From: a virus
Taxonomy: Duplodnaviria; Heunggongvirae; Uroviricota; Caudoviricetes
Reading direction: 5' to 3' (one strand)
Length of the DNA: 13,928 nucleotides
IMG/VR virus record: IMGVR_UViG_3300035661_000046
Coordinates: 64,001-77,928 of that record
Under the pieces are notes generated by a model that had not been told where the DNA came from, made no database searches, and was given only the letters and a program-made list of their open reading frames with translations. This document shows positions 1 to 6,420 of the stretch, one piece after another (position 1 is the stretch's first letter; each line of letters starts with the position of its first letter). The translations under genes were made by a program, and so were the position numbers.

Positions 1-330
1 TACATAACATCTCATTGCTGCCTCCATAGGATTAGATCCAATAGTGAGTACTAGGGATACCTCATCCTTCACGCTATTATGCATAAGTGCTATCCACCCT
101 CCCTTTATATGTTCATCTAATTGTGTTTCTATACTCTCTCGTACTATAATAGGGTAAGCTTGGTTTGGTGTTCGAGATGGAGTGAAGTTTTTAATAGTAT
201 AATAAGGGCTGCTCTCTGACATTAACCACTCCCCGCTAACGGTGTCAAACATAGGAGAATATCCTTCTGCCACTGCAACAGCATAGTCTAAGGCTGTGCC
301 AGTTAGGTTTTTAACTTTTGTGCTTTTCAT
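1..330 (-). CDS. DUF2591 / NinX-like phage protein (partial, runs off window start)
   Basis: Manual translation from ATG at 330: MKSTKVKNLTGTALDYAVAVAEG...FTPSRTPNQAYPIIVRESI...GGWIA...GSNPMEAAMRCYV, open to base 1. It matches the remembered family pattern (L.G.ALD.AVA.AEG / PII.RE.I / AAMRCYV). The start overlaps the stop of the upstream ORF (ATGA). Not in the supplied track. Confidence 0.75.
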   Translation of the reverse strand, partial: MKSTKVKNLTGTALDYAVAVAEGYSPMFDTVSGEWLMSESSPYYTIKNFTPSRTPNQAYPIIVRESIETQLDEHIKGGWIALMHNSVKDEVSLVLTIGSNPMEAAMRCYV

Positions 331-563
331 TCCAAGTCCTCCACTGCTTCTATGAAGCTATATACTTTGCTTTTAATACCTCTTAACTCTTTTTCTACCT
401 CTTGTAGCCTTTCTTGATAATAGGTAAGAGCTTCGACGAAAGCGGCCTGTTCAGACTTTGCTCTCATGCTTAGGTTCATTCTTCGCGTCTTATCATATAA
501 CCAGAATCCTGTGTTCCCACCTGTTCCTACTTCAGTTAGGGATAATGTGTCTGTAAGCTTCAT
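327..563 (-). CDS. Hypothetical phage protein (~78 aa, C-terminal coiled-coil-like)
   Basis: The track ORF starts at 602, but the ATG at 563 (MKLTDTL...) follows a purine-rich SD-like AAGGAAAG and lies just after the helicase stop, so it is the likelier start. GFWLYDKTRRMNLSMRAK...AFVEALTYYQ looks like a phage-type hypothetical protein. Confidence 0.7.
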   Translation of the reverse strand: MKLTDTLSLTEVGTGGNTGFWLYDKTRRMNLSMRAKSEQAAFVEALTYYQERLQEVEKELRGIKSKVYSFIEAVEDLE

Positions 564-564
564 A

Positions 565-2289
565 CTATTCTTTCCTTCCTTGTTGACGATGAATAAAATC
601 AATTAACATTTCTTGGTTTACAGTTAGTTTGCTATCTAATGTATCTACAATATGATTGTCAATATAACTACTACTAATCAGCCTATAATACTCACAATCA
701 TTTTTCTGACCAATACGATGAACTCTGTCTTGTTGTTGAAGGTATACCTCTAAGCTGAAGTTGAGGCTATAGAAGATTTGAGTAAATACTTTCGTGTCGA
801 TGCCAGGAGGTATGTCTATCTCCATTTCCTCTAGTTCGTCTTCTGAAGAACCGAGAATAGTCACGCCATAGTTAACCGCTTTAGCCTGGCATAGTAAAAA
901 GGATATATTAGGGTTTGTGTTAAACTCTCGTACTTTCGCTCCAACATCCTTTTCTCCGCCTTGAATGATCAAGTAGTTATAACCTGCAGAGTCTAACCCT
1001 TTAGTAATAATGTCTCTTTCACCAGCCATGTTATACCAGATTATACAGCGTCTACCTTTAAGCTTGCCAGATGCTAGATTAATCAAAGCATCCATTTTTG
1101 GCTGCTCATCAAAAGTAACTGTTACTCGTTTTGGTTGTCTCTTCTTAGGAGCTTTTTCTCCATTTAATTCTTCTAGGGAGTCGTCGTTCTTAATATAGAT
1201 AAACCCATTGGATATCTGTACCAGCTTACTAGCCAAAGCCAGAGGGTTGTCTACCTCAACAGTAAGGTCTCCAATAGTGGCCATGTAGTTAGCAGCTAAC
1301 ATATTAAAGACTTCTCTCTGCTGCTCTCCCATAGGAACTCGAACATCAAAAAAGTTCTTTTCAGGTAAACCTTTAAGCCATTCTTTCTTAGTCATTACTA
1401 TAGAAGCAGACTCTAGAATAGACCTAACCTCGGCAACTCTACGATAACCTACTATTAAATCACGCTCTCCAACCTTAACCTTTACGGCGTACTCATCTTT
1501 AAACCTAGTGTAACTTTCTCCAATCAAGGCAGGCTCTAAGAATCGTATTGGAGAACAGATGTCAGAAGGGGCTTTAGTTACTAGAGTACCAGACATGATG
1601 CTACCATAAGGAATGCCTTTACGAAGGCGTAGAATCGACTTGGTTCGATTTGATTTAGGATCTTTGATCAAGCCCTCATCAACTCCGATAAAGTCAACCT
1701 TGACCTTCTTGAGCTGTTCTTCAAATATCACAGCTTTATTATAGTTAATAACAACAATATCATGCGATAATATTCCAGCTACTTCTGATTCCCAGTCGGT
1801 AGTTTTAACTATATAAATGGTCTTGTCTGGACGATGAACCTTTAGCTCTTCTTGCCACACAAACAGTAGAGGTCTAGGACATACTATTACAGATTTCTTA
1901 AATTCCATAAGCGCAATAAAATCTAAGATTACTTTAGTCTTACCCATTCCAGGTTCTAACAATAGCCCTCCACCGCCTATTGTGTATAAATACCTTAAGG
2001 CTATTTCCTGATGAACTAAAGGAGTCGTAAAGAATTTAAAGGACTCGGGTATTGGTTTAAGTTTGAAGTCTGCTTTCACAAGTGCAGAAATCTCTGGGTC
2101 TATTTTTAATGCAAACTTCTTAAACATAAGTCTGCTTATTAAGTTGTGCAGTACCACTGGTTTAGCAGGGCTAAAAAAGTAAGGACCCTTCCTTAGAAAC
2201 CCAGGAAAAGCCAAAGCTTTTTTCATTTCAGCTTGGCTTTCCGGAGTGAATACTACTGTTGTTTTATTATCTGTAAAAGTTATCTTCAT
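565..2289 (-). CDS. SNF2-like (superfamily 2) helicase/ATPase
   Basis: Walker A-like LLLEPGMGKT, motif Ia VIVCP, Walker B VDEG..IKDPKSNRTK, motif III MSGT, motif VI QQQDRVHRIGQ; 574 aa. Confidence 0.9.
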   Translation of the reverse strand: MKITFTDNKTTVVFTPESQAEMKKALAFPGFLRKGPYFFSPAKPVVLHNLISRLMFKKFALKIDPEISALVKADFKLKPIPESFKFFTTPLVHQEIALRYLYTIGGGGLLLEPGMGKTKVILDFIALMEFKKSVIVCPRPLLFVWQEELKVHRPDKTIYIVKTTDWESEVAGILSHDIVVINYNKAVIFEEQLKKVKVDFIGVDEGLIKDPKSNRTKSILRLRKGIPYGSIMSGTLVTKAPSDICSPIRFLEPALIGESYTRFKDEYAVKVKVGERDLIVGYRRVAEVRSILESASIVMTKKEWLKGLPEKNFFDVRVPMGEQQREVFNMLAANYMATIGDLTVEVDNPLALASKLVQISNGFIYIKNDDSLEELNGEKAPKKRQPKRVTVTFDEQPKMDALINLASGKLKGRRCIIWYNMAGERDIITKGLDSAGYNYLIIQGGEKDVGAKVREFNTNPNISFLLCQAKAVNYGVTILGSSEDELEEMEIDIPPGIDTKVFTQIFYSLNFSLEVYLQQQDRVHRIGQKNDCEYYRLISSSYIDNHIVDTLDSKLTVNQEMLIDFIHRQQGRKE

Positions 2290-2813
2290 GGGTTGATGTT
2301 AAAGAGTACTTTAGCTGACTTATAGCTAAGAGCTTGAGGTAGTATGTTGTTCCAAGTTACTAGATTTCCATTTTTAAATCCATATGCTACTGCAAAGGAG
2401 TTATCAATAGAGTCAGTTAAATCTAGCAGGTTATCATCTGTATCACAATGTAATACTACAATGTCATCCTGAAACGCTTGTCGGTTATAATGTGGTACTT
2501 TATCCCAAAAAGAAGCAGACTTAGCAGTTACATCTATATCAGTTAAGACAACTACTCTTTGACCACTGAAGTTAATTTTCACCCATGCTAGTAAAAGATC
2601 TTCGAAGAGGTACCCTTTTACTTTTGGCGCACGATGCACCATTTCAGTAGTACTCAGGAACTCTTTGTAACCACGTTTTGAAGTAAAGTACCTATCATGA
2701 ACGGTACTATAATATTTATATAGTCCTGACGTGTCTCTAGCCCAAGGCCAGATTCTTACTAAAACGTCTCCATTTTTTTGAGTAAAATGAATTCCAAGCT
2801 TTGTAATCTTCAT
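2286..2813 (-). CDS. Hypothetical protein (175 aa)
   Basis: ORF with SD-like AAAGGA upstream; its stop overlaps the helicase start (ATGA), suggesting translational coupling. No recognised motif. Confidence 0.75.
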   Translation of the reverse strand: MKITKLGIHFTQKNGDVLVRIWPWARDTSGLYKYYSTVHDRYFTSKRGYKEFLSTTEMVHRAPKVKGYLFEDLLLAWVKINFSGQRVVVLTDIDVTAKSASFWDKVPHYNRQAFQDDIVVLHCDTDDNLLDLTDSIDNSFAVAYGFKNGNLVTWNNILPQALSYKSAKVLFNINP

Positions 2814-2839
2814 ATCGTTCCTTTGGTTGACAAAATAAA

Positions 2840-2867
2840 TAGGGTATTATATAGTACTTATACCCTA
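2840..2867. other. Inverted repeat (8-bp stem, 12-nt loop) containing the leftward promoter-like motif
   Basis: TAGGGTAT (2840-2847) and ATACCCTA (2860-2867). Confidence 0.6.
2848..2866 (-). promoter_or_regulatory. Putative phage promoter motif, variant copy
   Basis: Minus strand AGGGTATAAGTACTATATA aligns with TTGATATAAGAGTAATGTA (5653-5635). It lies upstream of the 175-aa/helicase genes and also includes part of a TATAAT hexamer. Confidence 0.5.
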
Positions 2868-2890
2868 AATACAGGAATTATTTATAGTGC

Positions 2891-2900
2891 TAAAATAAGC
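2891..2900 (+). promoter_or_regulatory. Putative rightward (late) promoter motif TAAAATAAGC
   Basis: The identical 10-mer occurs at 6461-6470. Both copies lie 30-50 bp upstream of a rightward structural-type gene. Confidence 0.5.
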
Positions 2901-2938
2901 TCATGAAACTAACTTCACTTACCGTAGGAAAATAATAA

Positions 2939-4075
2939 ATGACAACACCAGTATACAGTAACGTGTCTGCAGCTTTTCCAGCTGTCAGTTACTACACCCA
3001 GTTTGACCCCTACTTTTATACAGTAGATAACAGACCTTTATATAACTTAGCCAGTGTGGATAGTGTATTAGGAACAGGAGTAGATGCAGCTGCTAGGGCC
3101 ACACTAATTGATGCGTTGAGTGCAGCAGCCTCTTATAAAAACTTATATGGTGCTTCTCCTTTTATTACAGGTCTTGAATTAACTAATCCTGCGGCTAACG
3201 TAGTAAGAGTAGACATTGGTGCGCTATATGCTCCTTTAGCTATATCTTCTAGTGATACTAGAGTAGTAATTAAGCAAGGAGTACATGCAGTAACAACTGA
3301 CTTTTCTATTCCACCACCAGCAATTGTTGGACAGTCTGTTACTTATCTAATACAAGGTCTATACGTCGACTTTGGAGCGTCTACCTCCAGTACTTTCCCT
3401 TTCTTTGATGCAACTAACACTGTATTACCTAATACTCTGTTTAACGGAGAACTTCAGTTGCAAATAGTTACAGGTGTCGCAGCAACTACAGGAACTCAGA
3501 CTACTCCAGCGCCTACCGTAGGATGGACTCCTCTTTACGTTCTAACGGTTGACTACGGTGCTACTTCTTACTATAACGCAGCTTATGCAACAAATGCCCC
3601 TGCTAGCAAATGTTTCCCTAGAACAGGCATACCTCTGTCTAACCTAACCAGTACATCGGCTAGTATCGGTGATACTCCAGTAACAGCTTTTGCTGACGCA
3701 GCTACCCAAGGTGCTATTGGTAGAGTTCAAATACACCCATCAGCTTCACTAGTCAATCCGTACAAGCCAGTGCGTGTAAAAGTAGACTACGTTCCTTCAG
3801 TTACAGGTAATGCTTTTGCTGTAAGACTGAAATATCAAGTATTGGATGTAAGTACTTTGCTGACACCTGTGAGCTACACCGTAGGGGCTATAGAGAATAT
3901 TACAGTCACTGCTGCTGCTAACAGTATAGCCTCTTACACGTTTACCGCTAGTGTTCCAGGCTACTTAGTAAATGGAAAGAACACAATAAATTTAGTAATG
4001 GAAAGAGTTGGCGCTGATGCTAGTGATACTAATACTGGCATACTTAATGTTATGAACTTCACAGTGTATCAATAA
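2939..4075 (+). CDS. Putative virion structural protein (tail/baseplate/fibre-associated)
   Basis: 378 aa, rich in T/A/V/S/G with beta-strand-like patterning. The segment GVAATTGTQTTPAPTVGWTPLYVLTVDYG resembles motifs recalled from phage tail-associated proteins. SD-like AGGA upstream. Confidence 0.55.
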   Translation: MTTPVYSNVSAAFPAVSYYTQFDPYFYTVDNRPLYNLASVDSVLGTGVDAAARATLIDALSAAASYKNLYGASPFITGLELTNPAANVVRVDIGALYAPLAISSSDTRVVIKQGVHAVTTDFSIPPPAIVGQSVTYLIQGLYVDFGASTSSTFPFFDATNTVLPNTLFNGELQLQIVTGVAATTGTQTTPAPTVGWTPLYVLTVDYGATSYYNAAYATNAPASKCFPRTGIPLSNLTSTSASIGDTPVTAFADAATQGAIGRVQIHPSASLVNPYKPVRVKVDYVPSVTGNAFAVRLKYQVLDVSTLLTPVSYTVGAIENITVTAAANSIASYTFTASVPGYLVNGKNTINLVMERVGADASDTNTGILNVMNFTVYQ

Positions 4076-4382
4076 TATGATTGCATAATACATAAAGATT
4101 GCGTAATTCAGTAAGAATCAACGGTGCCGACCCTTCATTGAACGTCGGCATTTTTGTGCCTATACTAATTGCAATCTCTGCCAGTGATTGAATAGGATAA
4201 CCTGTAATATTCTTAGCTAGGATATGCTTCGCAGTAGTTACCAATAATGCATCTACTTCGTCTAAAAAAGTAGGGTGTAACATTGGATGAGAGTGAATGT
4301 ATATAAGCTCTGACACAGGAGGGTCTGTATCATCTCCTTTAAAGTATGCTTCTACTTTCGGGTTTGTTAAAGTGTAATTCAT
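4059..4382 (-). CDS. Hypothetical protein (107 aa)
   Basis: ORF with SD-like AAAGGA. Its 3' end overlaps the convergent 378-aa gene by 17 bp. Confidence 0.65.
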   Translation of the reverse strand: MNYTLTNPKVEAYFKGDDTDPPVSELIYIHSHPMLHPTFLDEVDALLVTTAKHILAKNITGYPIQSLAEIAISIGTKMPTFNEGSAPLILTELRNLYVLCNHIIDTL

Positions 4383-4402
4383 GTTTGTTCCTTTGAGTAA
4401 AA

Positions 4403-4434
4403 AATAAGGTAGAGTATATCACATCTACCTTATT
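4403..4434 (-). terminator. Stem-loop, terminator-like, overlapping a degenerate promoter-like motif
   Basis: AATAAGGTAGA (4403-4413) and TCTACCTTATT (4424-4434), 11-bp stem, followed by a T run on the minus strand, just downstream of the 108-aa gene. Confidence 0.6.
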
Positions 4435-4458
4435 ACTGCTATTTCCGGAGAAAATACA

Positions 4459-4785
4459 TCATAACCCACGTATGTTTGCCGGAGGTGGGTTATGACTAAA
4501 CTCACTTAATCCATAAGGTATAGTATCTGTAGATACGCCTAGATGTACCACATCAGAAGAGTCTATATAGTAGCACCCGTGGGCAGTATGTACTATTCCA
4601 TTGCTAGACACAGTCATAAGCATTATCTTCTCATTTGAATCCGATAAACACGTAGTATCTAGCAACTCTATATACCCTCCATCACTATAGTAGAATAGAG
4701 GTGAGGCAGGTTTAGTAACTACGTATAAGGCTACTCCTACTATTATAGATACAACTAATATTACAAGTGTTTTAAAAGTTTTCAT
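4459..4785 (-). CDS. Small membrane-anchored or exported protein (108 aa)
   Basis: Basic N-terminus followed by hydrophobic LVILVVSIIVGVALYVV; two Cys in the soluble part; SD AGGAG upstream. Confidence 0.75.
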   Translation of the reverse strand: MKTFKTLVILVVSIIVGVALYVVTKPASPLFYYSDGGYIELLDTTCLSDSNEKIMLMTVSSNGIVHTAHGCYYIDSSDVVHLGVSTDTIPYGLSEFSHNPPPANIRGL

Positions 4786-4807
4786 TCTGTTCTCCTAAAT
4801 TAAGGTA

Positions 4808-4833
4808 AAAAACCAGGGTAACACCTGGTTTTT
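4808..4833. terminator. Intrinsic terminator-like hairpin (potentially bidirectional)
   Basis: AAAAACCAGG-GTAACA-CCTGGTTTTT, 10 bp downstream of the stop of the 80-aa gene. Confidence 0.75.
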
Positions 4834-4843
4834 GTTTAGCGGA

Positions 4844-5086
4844 TTACTCCGCGTCAGGAATGTCACAGCTACAGCTTCCTTTAAGGAAGTGCATCCCTAC
4901 TGCTGCTGCTCCAGCAGCTACCACCGCAGCGATTGCATTGTGCTTTATGTTAAACCCCGCAAAGAAGCCTGTCTTAGCATCTTCCTTTGCATTAGCGTTG
5001 CTGGCTTTGCCCTTGGCATACGCATCTGCGTAGGTTGTTTCAAGCATCGATTCTAATTCTTTCTGGGTATATGTTTTTTCCGACAT
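4844..5086 (-). CDS. Small membrane protein, CxC-tail paralog 1 (80 aa)
   Basis: GFNIKHNAIAAVVAAGAAAVGMHFLKGSCSCDIPDAE is clearly homologous to the ORFs at 5392-5583 and 5710-5892; SD AAGGAG. Confidence 0.8.
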   Translation of the reverse strand: MSEKTYTQKELESMLETTYADAYAKGKASNANAKEDAKTGFFAGFNIKHNAIAAVVAAGAAAVGMHFLKGSCSCDIPDAE

Positions 5087-5141
5087 TTTACTGCTCCTTA
5101 ATATTTAAATTTAAATGCGCGTTTAAACACGCTACTATTAG

Positions 5142-5171
5142 AATTAGGCACAGGTCTTGCTGTGCCTAATT
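5142..5171. terminator. Perfect 12-bp stem-loop (terminator or RNA-stability hairpin)
   Basis: AATTAGGCACAG-GTCTTG-CTGTGCCTAATT, 12 bp downstream of the 47-aa ORF stop; the U-tract is weak. Confidence 0.6.
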
Positions 5172-5183
5172 TATAAAACACTA

Positions 5184-5327
5184 CTACCGTCCTGAAGCCG
5201 CATCTACTGCGCCGTTACAACGCCCAATCTTGTATGCTAATACGCTTAGGACTACTGTCACCAATAGTACAACTACGCCACCAGTCGCTACTTGAGCCTG
5301 CTCTGTTTTCTTTGAATCATTATTCAT
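5184..5327 (-). CDS. Small single-pass membrane peptide (47 aa)
   Basis: Manual translation MNNDSKKTEQAQVATGGVVVLLVTVVLSVLAYKIGRCNGAVDAASGR; SD AGGGAG; tandem TAG TAG stops. Not in the supplied track. Confidence 0.7.
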   Translation of the reverse strand: MNNDSKKTEQAQVATGGVVVLLVTVVLSVLAYKIGRCNGAVDAASGR

Positions 5328-5362
5328 GATAGTTCTCCCTAAATCAAATTAAGAAATTAAGT

Positions 5363-5384
5363 AAACCGGGTGTTACCCCGGTTT
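5363..5384 (-). terminator. Terminator-like hairpin after paralog 2
   Basis: AAACCGGG-TGTTAC-CCCGGTTT. Confidence 0.65.
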
Positions 5385-5391
5385 GTGTTTG

Positions 5392-5583
5392 TTACTCTGA
5401 GTCCGGCATGTCGCACTCACACTTACCGCTTATAAGGTACATCCCTGCTGCTGTTGCTGCTCCAGCTACTACCGCAGCAATTGCGTTATGTTTCCAATTG
5501 AAGCCCTTAAGAAAACCCTCTTTCTTAGCTTCAGCTTGTTGGTTTGTGTTGTTTGCGTTGTTTGCGTTGTTTGCGTTTGACAT
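5392..5583 (-). CDS. Small membrane protein, CxC-tail paralog 2 (63 aa)
   Basis: N-terminal NAN repeats, KHNAIAAVVAGAATAAGMYLISG hydrophobic helix, KCECDMPDSE tail; GGAG SD. Confidence 0.8.
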   Translation of the reverse strand: MSNANNANNANNTNQQAEAKKEGFLKGFNWKHNAIAAVVAGAATAAGMYLISGKCECDMPDSE

Positions 5584-5634
5584 GATGTATTACTCCATTA
5601 TGAAATTAAGGTTATTTAGAAAAGGTGCTTCTAC

Positions 5635-5653
5635 TACATTACTCTTATATCAA
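5635..5653 (-). promoter_or_regulatory. Putative phage promoter motif TTGATATAAGAGTAATGTA
   Basis: Related copies at 5944-5962, 6131-6149 and 6323-6341, all intergenic or at gene ends and all pointing left. Confidence 0.6.
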
Positions 5654-5682
5654 GTTCCAGGACGGAAATTGAAATTAAGTAA

Positions 5683-5700
5683 ACCGGGTATTACCCCGGT
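5683..5700 (-). terminator. Terminator-like hairpin after paralog 3
   Basis: ACCGGG-TATTAC-CCCGGT, homologous to 5363-5384. Confidence 0.6.
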
Positions 5701-5709
5701 CTATGTTTG

Positions 5710-5892
5710 TTACTCTGCGTCTGTCATGTCGCACTCACACTTCCCACCTATAAAGTACATACTCGCTGCCGTTGCAGCACCAACAAGTACTGCGCTGATT
5801 GCATTGTGCTTCCAGTTGAATCCAGACAAGAAGCTATCTTTCTTAGCTTCAGCTTGTTGGTTTGCGTTGTTTGCGTTGTTTGCGTTTGACAT
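5710..5892 (-). CDS. Small membrane protein, CxC-tail paralog 3 (60 aa)
   Basis: Near-identical architecture to paralog 2; ends GGKCECDMTDAE. Confidence 0.8.
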   Translation of the reverse strand: MSNANNANNANQQAEAKKDSFLSGFNWKHNAISAVLVGAATAASMYFIGGKCECDMTDAE

Positions 5893-5943
5893 TATGTATT
5901 ACTCCATTATGAAATTAAGGTTATTTAGAAAAGGTGCTTCTAC

Positions 5944-5962
5944 TACATTACTCTTATATCAA
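5944..5962 (-). promoter_or_regulatory. Putative phage promoter motif (copy in the duplicated unit)
   Basis: Identical to 5635-5653. Confidence 0.6.
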
Positions 5963-5985
5963 GTTCCAGGACGGAAATTGAATTC

Positions 5986-6090
5986 TCACAGCGCTTTGAA
6001 TGCAGCCACCTGGCTGTCACTCATGCTTTTTAATGCACCTAAGCCTAATACAACTAAGCATAAGACAACTATTACTTCTGCTGCTTTCAT
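5986..6090 (-). CDS. Small single-pass membrane peptide (34 aa)
   Basis: Manual translation MKAAEVIVVLCLVVLGLGALKSMSDSQVAAFKAL; strong SD AAGGAG. Not in the supplied track. Confidence 0.7.
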   Translation of the reverse strand: MKAAEVIVVLCLVVLGLGALKSMSDSQVAAFKAL

Positions 6091-6130
6091 ACTACTTCTC
6101 CTTAGTGTGGATAATAGGGTATACTTCTCC

Positions 6131-6149
6131 CATATTATCCTTATATCAA
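6131..6149 (-). promoter_or_regulatory. Putative phage promoter motif TTGATATAAGGATAATATG
   Basis: Shares TTGATATAAG-N4-ATRTR with the other copies; its TGA is also the stop codon of the 42-aa ORF. Confidence 0.55.
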
Positions 6150-6274
6150 TTTGTTACTTCATTATTGGATTCTGCATCCATCTTCCCTATGGTGTACGCA
6201 TAGCCGAATGTTCCCATTAACAATAATGGAAGGGATACCGCGAAGCTGATCATAGTGCGTGTATCTATAAACAT
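6146..6274 (-). CDS. Small single-pass membrane peptide (42 aa)
   Basis: Manual translation MFIDTRTMISFAVSLPLLLMGTFGYAYTIGKMDAESNNEVTN; SD AAAGGAG. Not in the supplied track. Confidence 0.7.
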   Translation of the reverse strand: MFIDTRTMISFAVSLPLLLMGTFGYAYTIGKMDAESNNEVTN

Positions 6275-6322
6275 GGTGTAGCTCCTTTAAATGTAATTAA
6301 TAAGTAAGAGACGTATTTCCCC

Positions 6323-6341
6323 TACATAATTCTTGTATCAA
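6323..6341 (-). promoter_or_regulatory. Putative phage promoter motif TTGATACAAGAATTATGTA at the head of the leftward cluster
   Basis: With flanks it reads AACTTGATACAAGAATTATGTAG versus AACTTGATATAAGAGTAATGTAG in the duplicated units, in otherwise unrelated sequence. Confidence 0.6.
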
Positions 6342-6381
6342 GTTGGGGATCCATTATTGACTTTTATCAGATATTGCTCCA

Positions 6382-6416
6382 AGAAACCCCGTCCTTCAGG
6401 GTGGGGAGGATGTCAA
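6382..6416 (+). mobile_element. Orphan IS200/IS605-family right-end-like remnant (no transposase or TnpB here)
   Basis: AGAAACCCCGTCCTTCAGGGTGGGGAGGATGTCAA: a GC-rich imperfect hairpin (CCCCGTCC-TTCA-GGGTGGGG) followed by GAGGATGTCAA, matching the remembered IS605/tnpB right-end pattern. It stands out in an AT-rich intergenic region. Confidence 0.65.
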
Positions 6417-6420
6417 GAAG

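Larger units (their letters stand above)
5353..5982. repeat. Tandem duplication of a hairpin + gene + upstream-region module (units of 318 and 309 bp)
   Basis: Units 5353-5670 and 5671-5982 align end to end; 5585-5673 and 5894-5982 are identical over 89 bp. The length difference equals one 9-bp GTTTGCGTT unit. Confidence 0.95.

Noticed and set aside
61-120. Apparent in-frame TAG in the DUF2591-like gene, suggesting stop-codon recoding
   Set aside because: Re-reading the frame gives GGA GGG TGG ATA GCA with no stop. The long genes read cleanly in the standard code, so there is no evidence for recoding.
564-602. Track start at 602 for the 91-aa ORF
   Set aside because: It overlaps the helicase 3' end; the ATG at 563 has a better SD and position.
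1010-1198. 62-aa plus-strand ORF
   Set aside because: Antisense shadow within the helicase gene.
5103-5116. 14-bp palindrome ATTTAAATTTAAAT
   Set aside because: All A/T, occurs once, and is plausible by chance in an AT-rich intergenic region.
5353-5982. Possible CRISPR array or ncRNA repeats
   Set aside because: Only two long gene-containing units; there is no short-repeat/unique-spacer periodicity.
4832-6203. Short plus-strand ORFs 4832-5056, 5707-5889 and 6000-6203
   Set aside because: Antisense to the small membrane-protein genes, with no SD or plausible composition.
5408-6220. 270-aa plus-strand ORF
   Set aside because: Antisense to several better-supported small genes, has no SD, and stays open partly because the repeat units (318 and 309 bp) are multiples of three. 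Treated as a shadow ORF.
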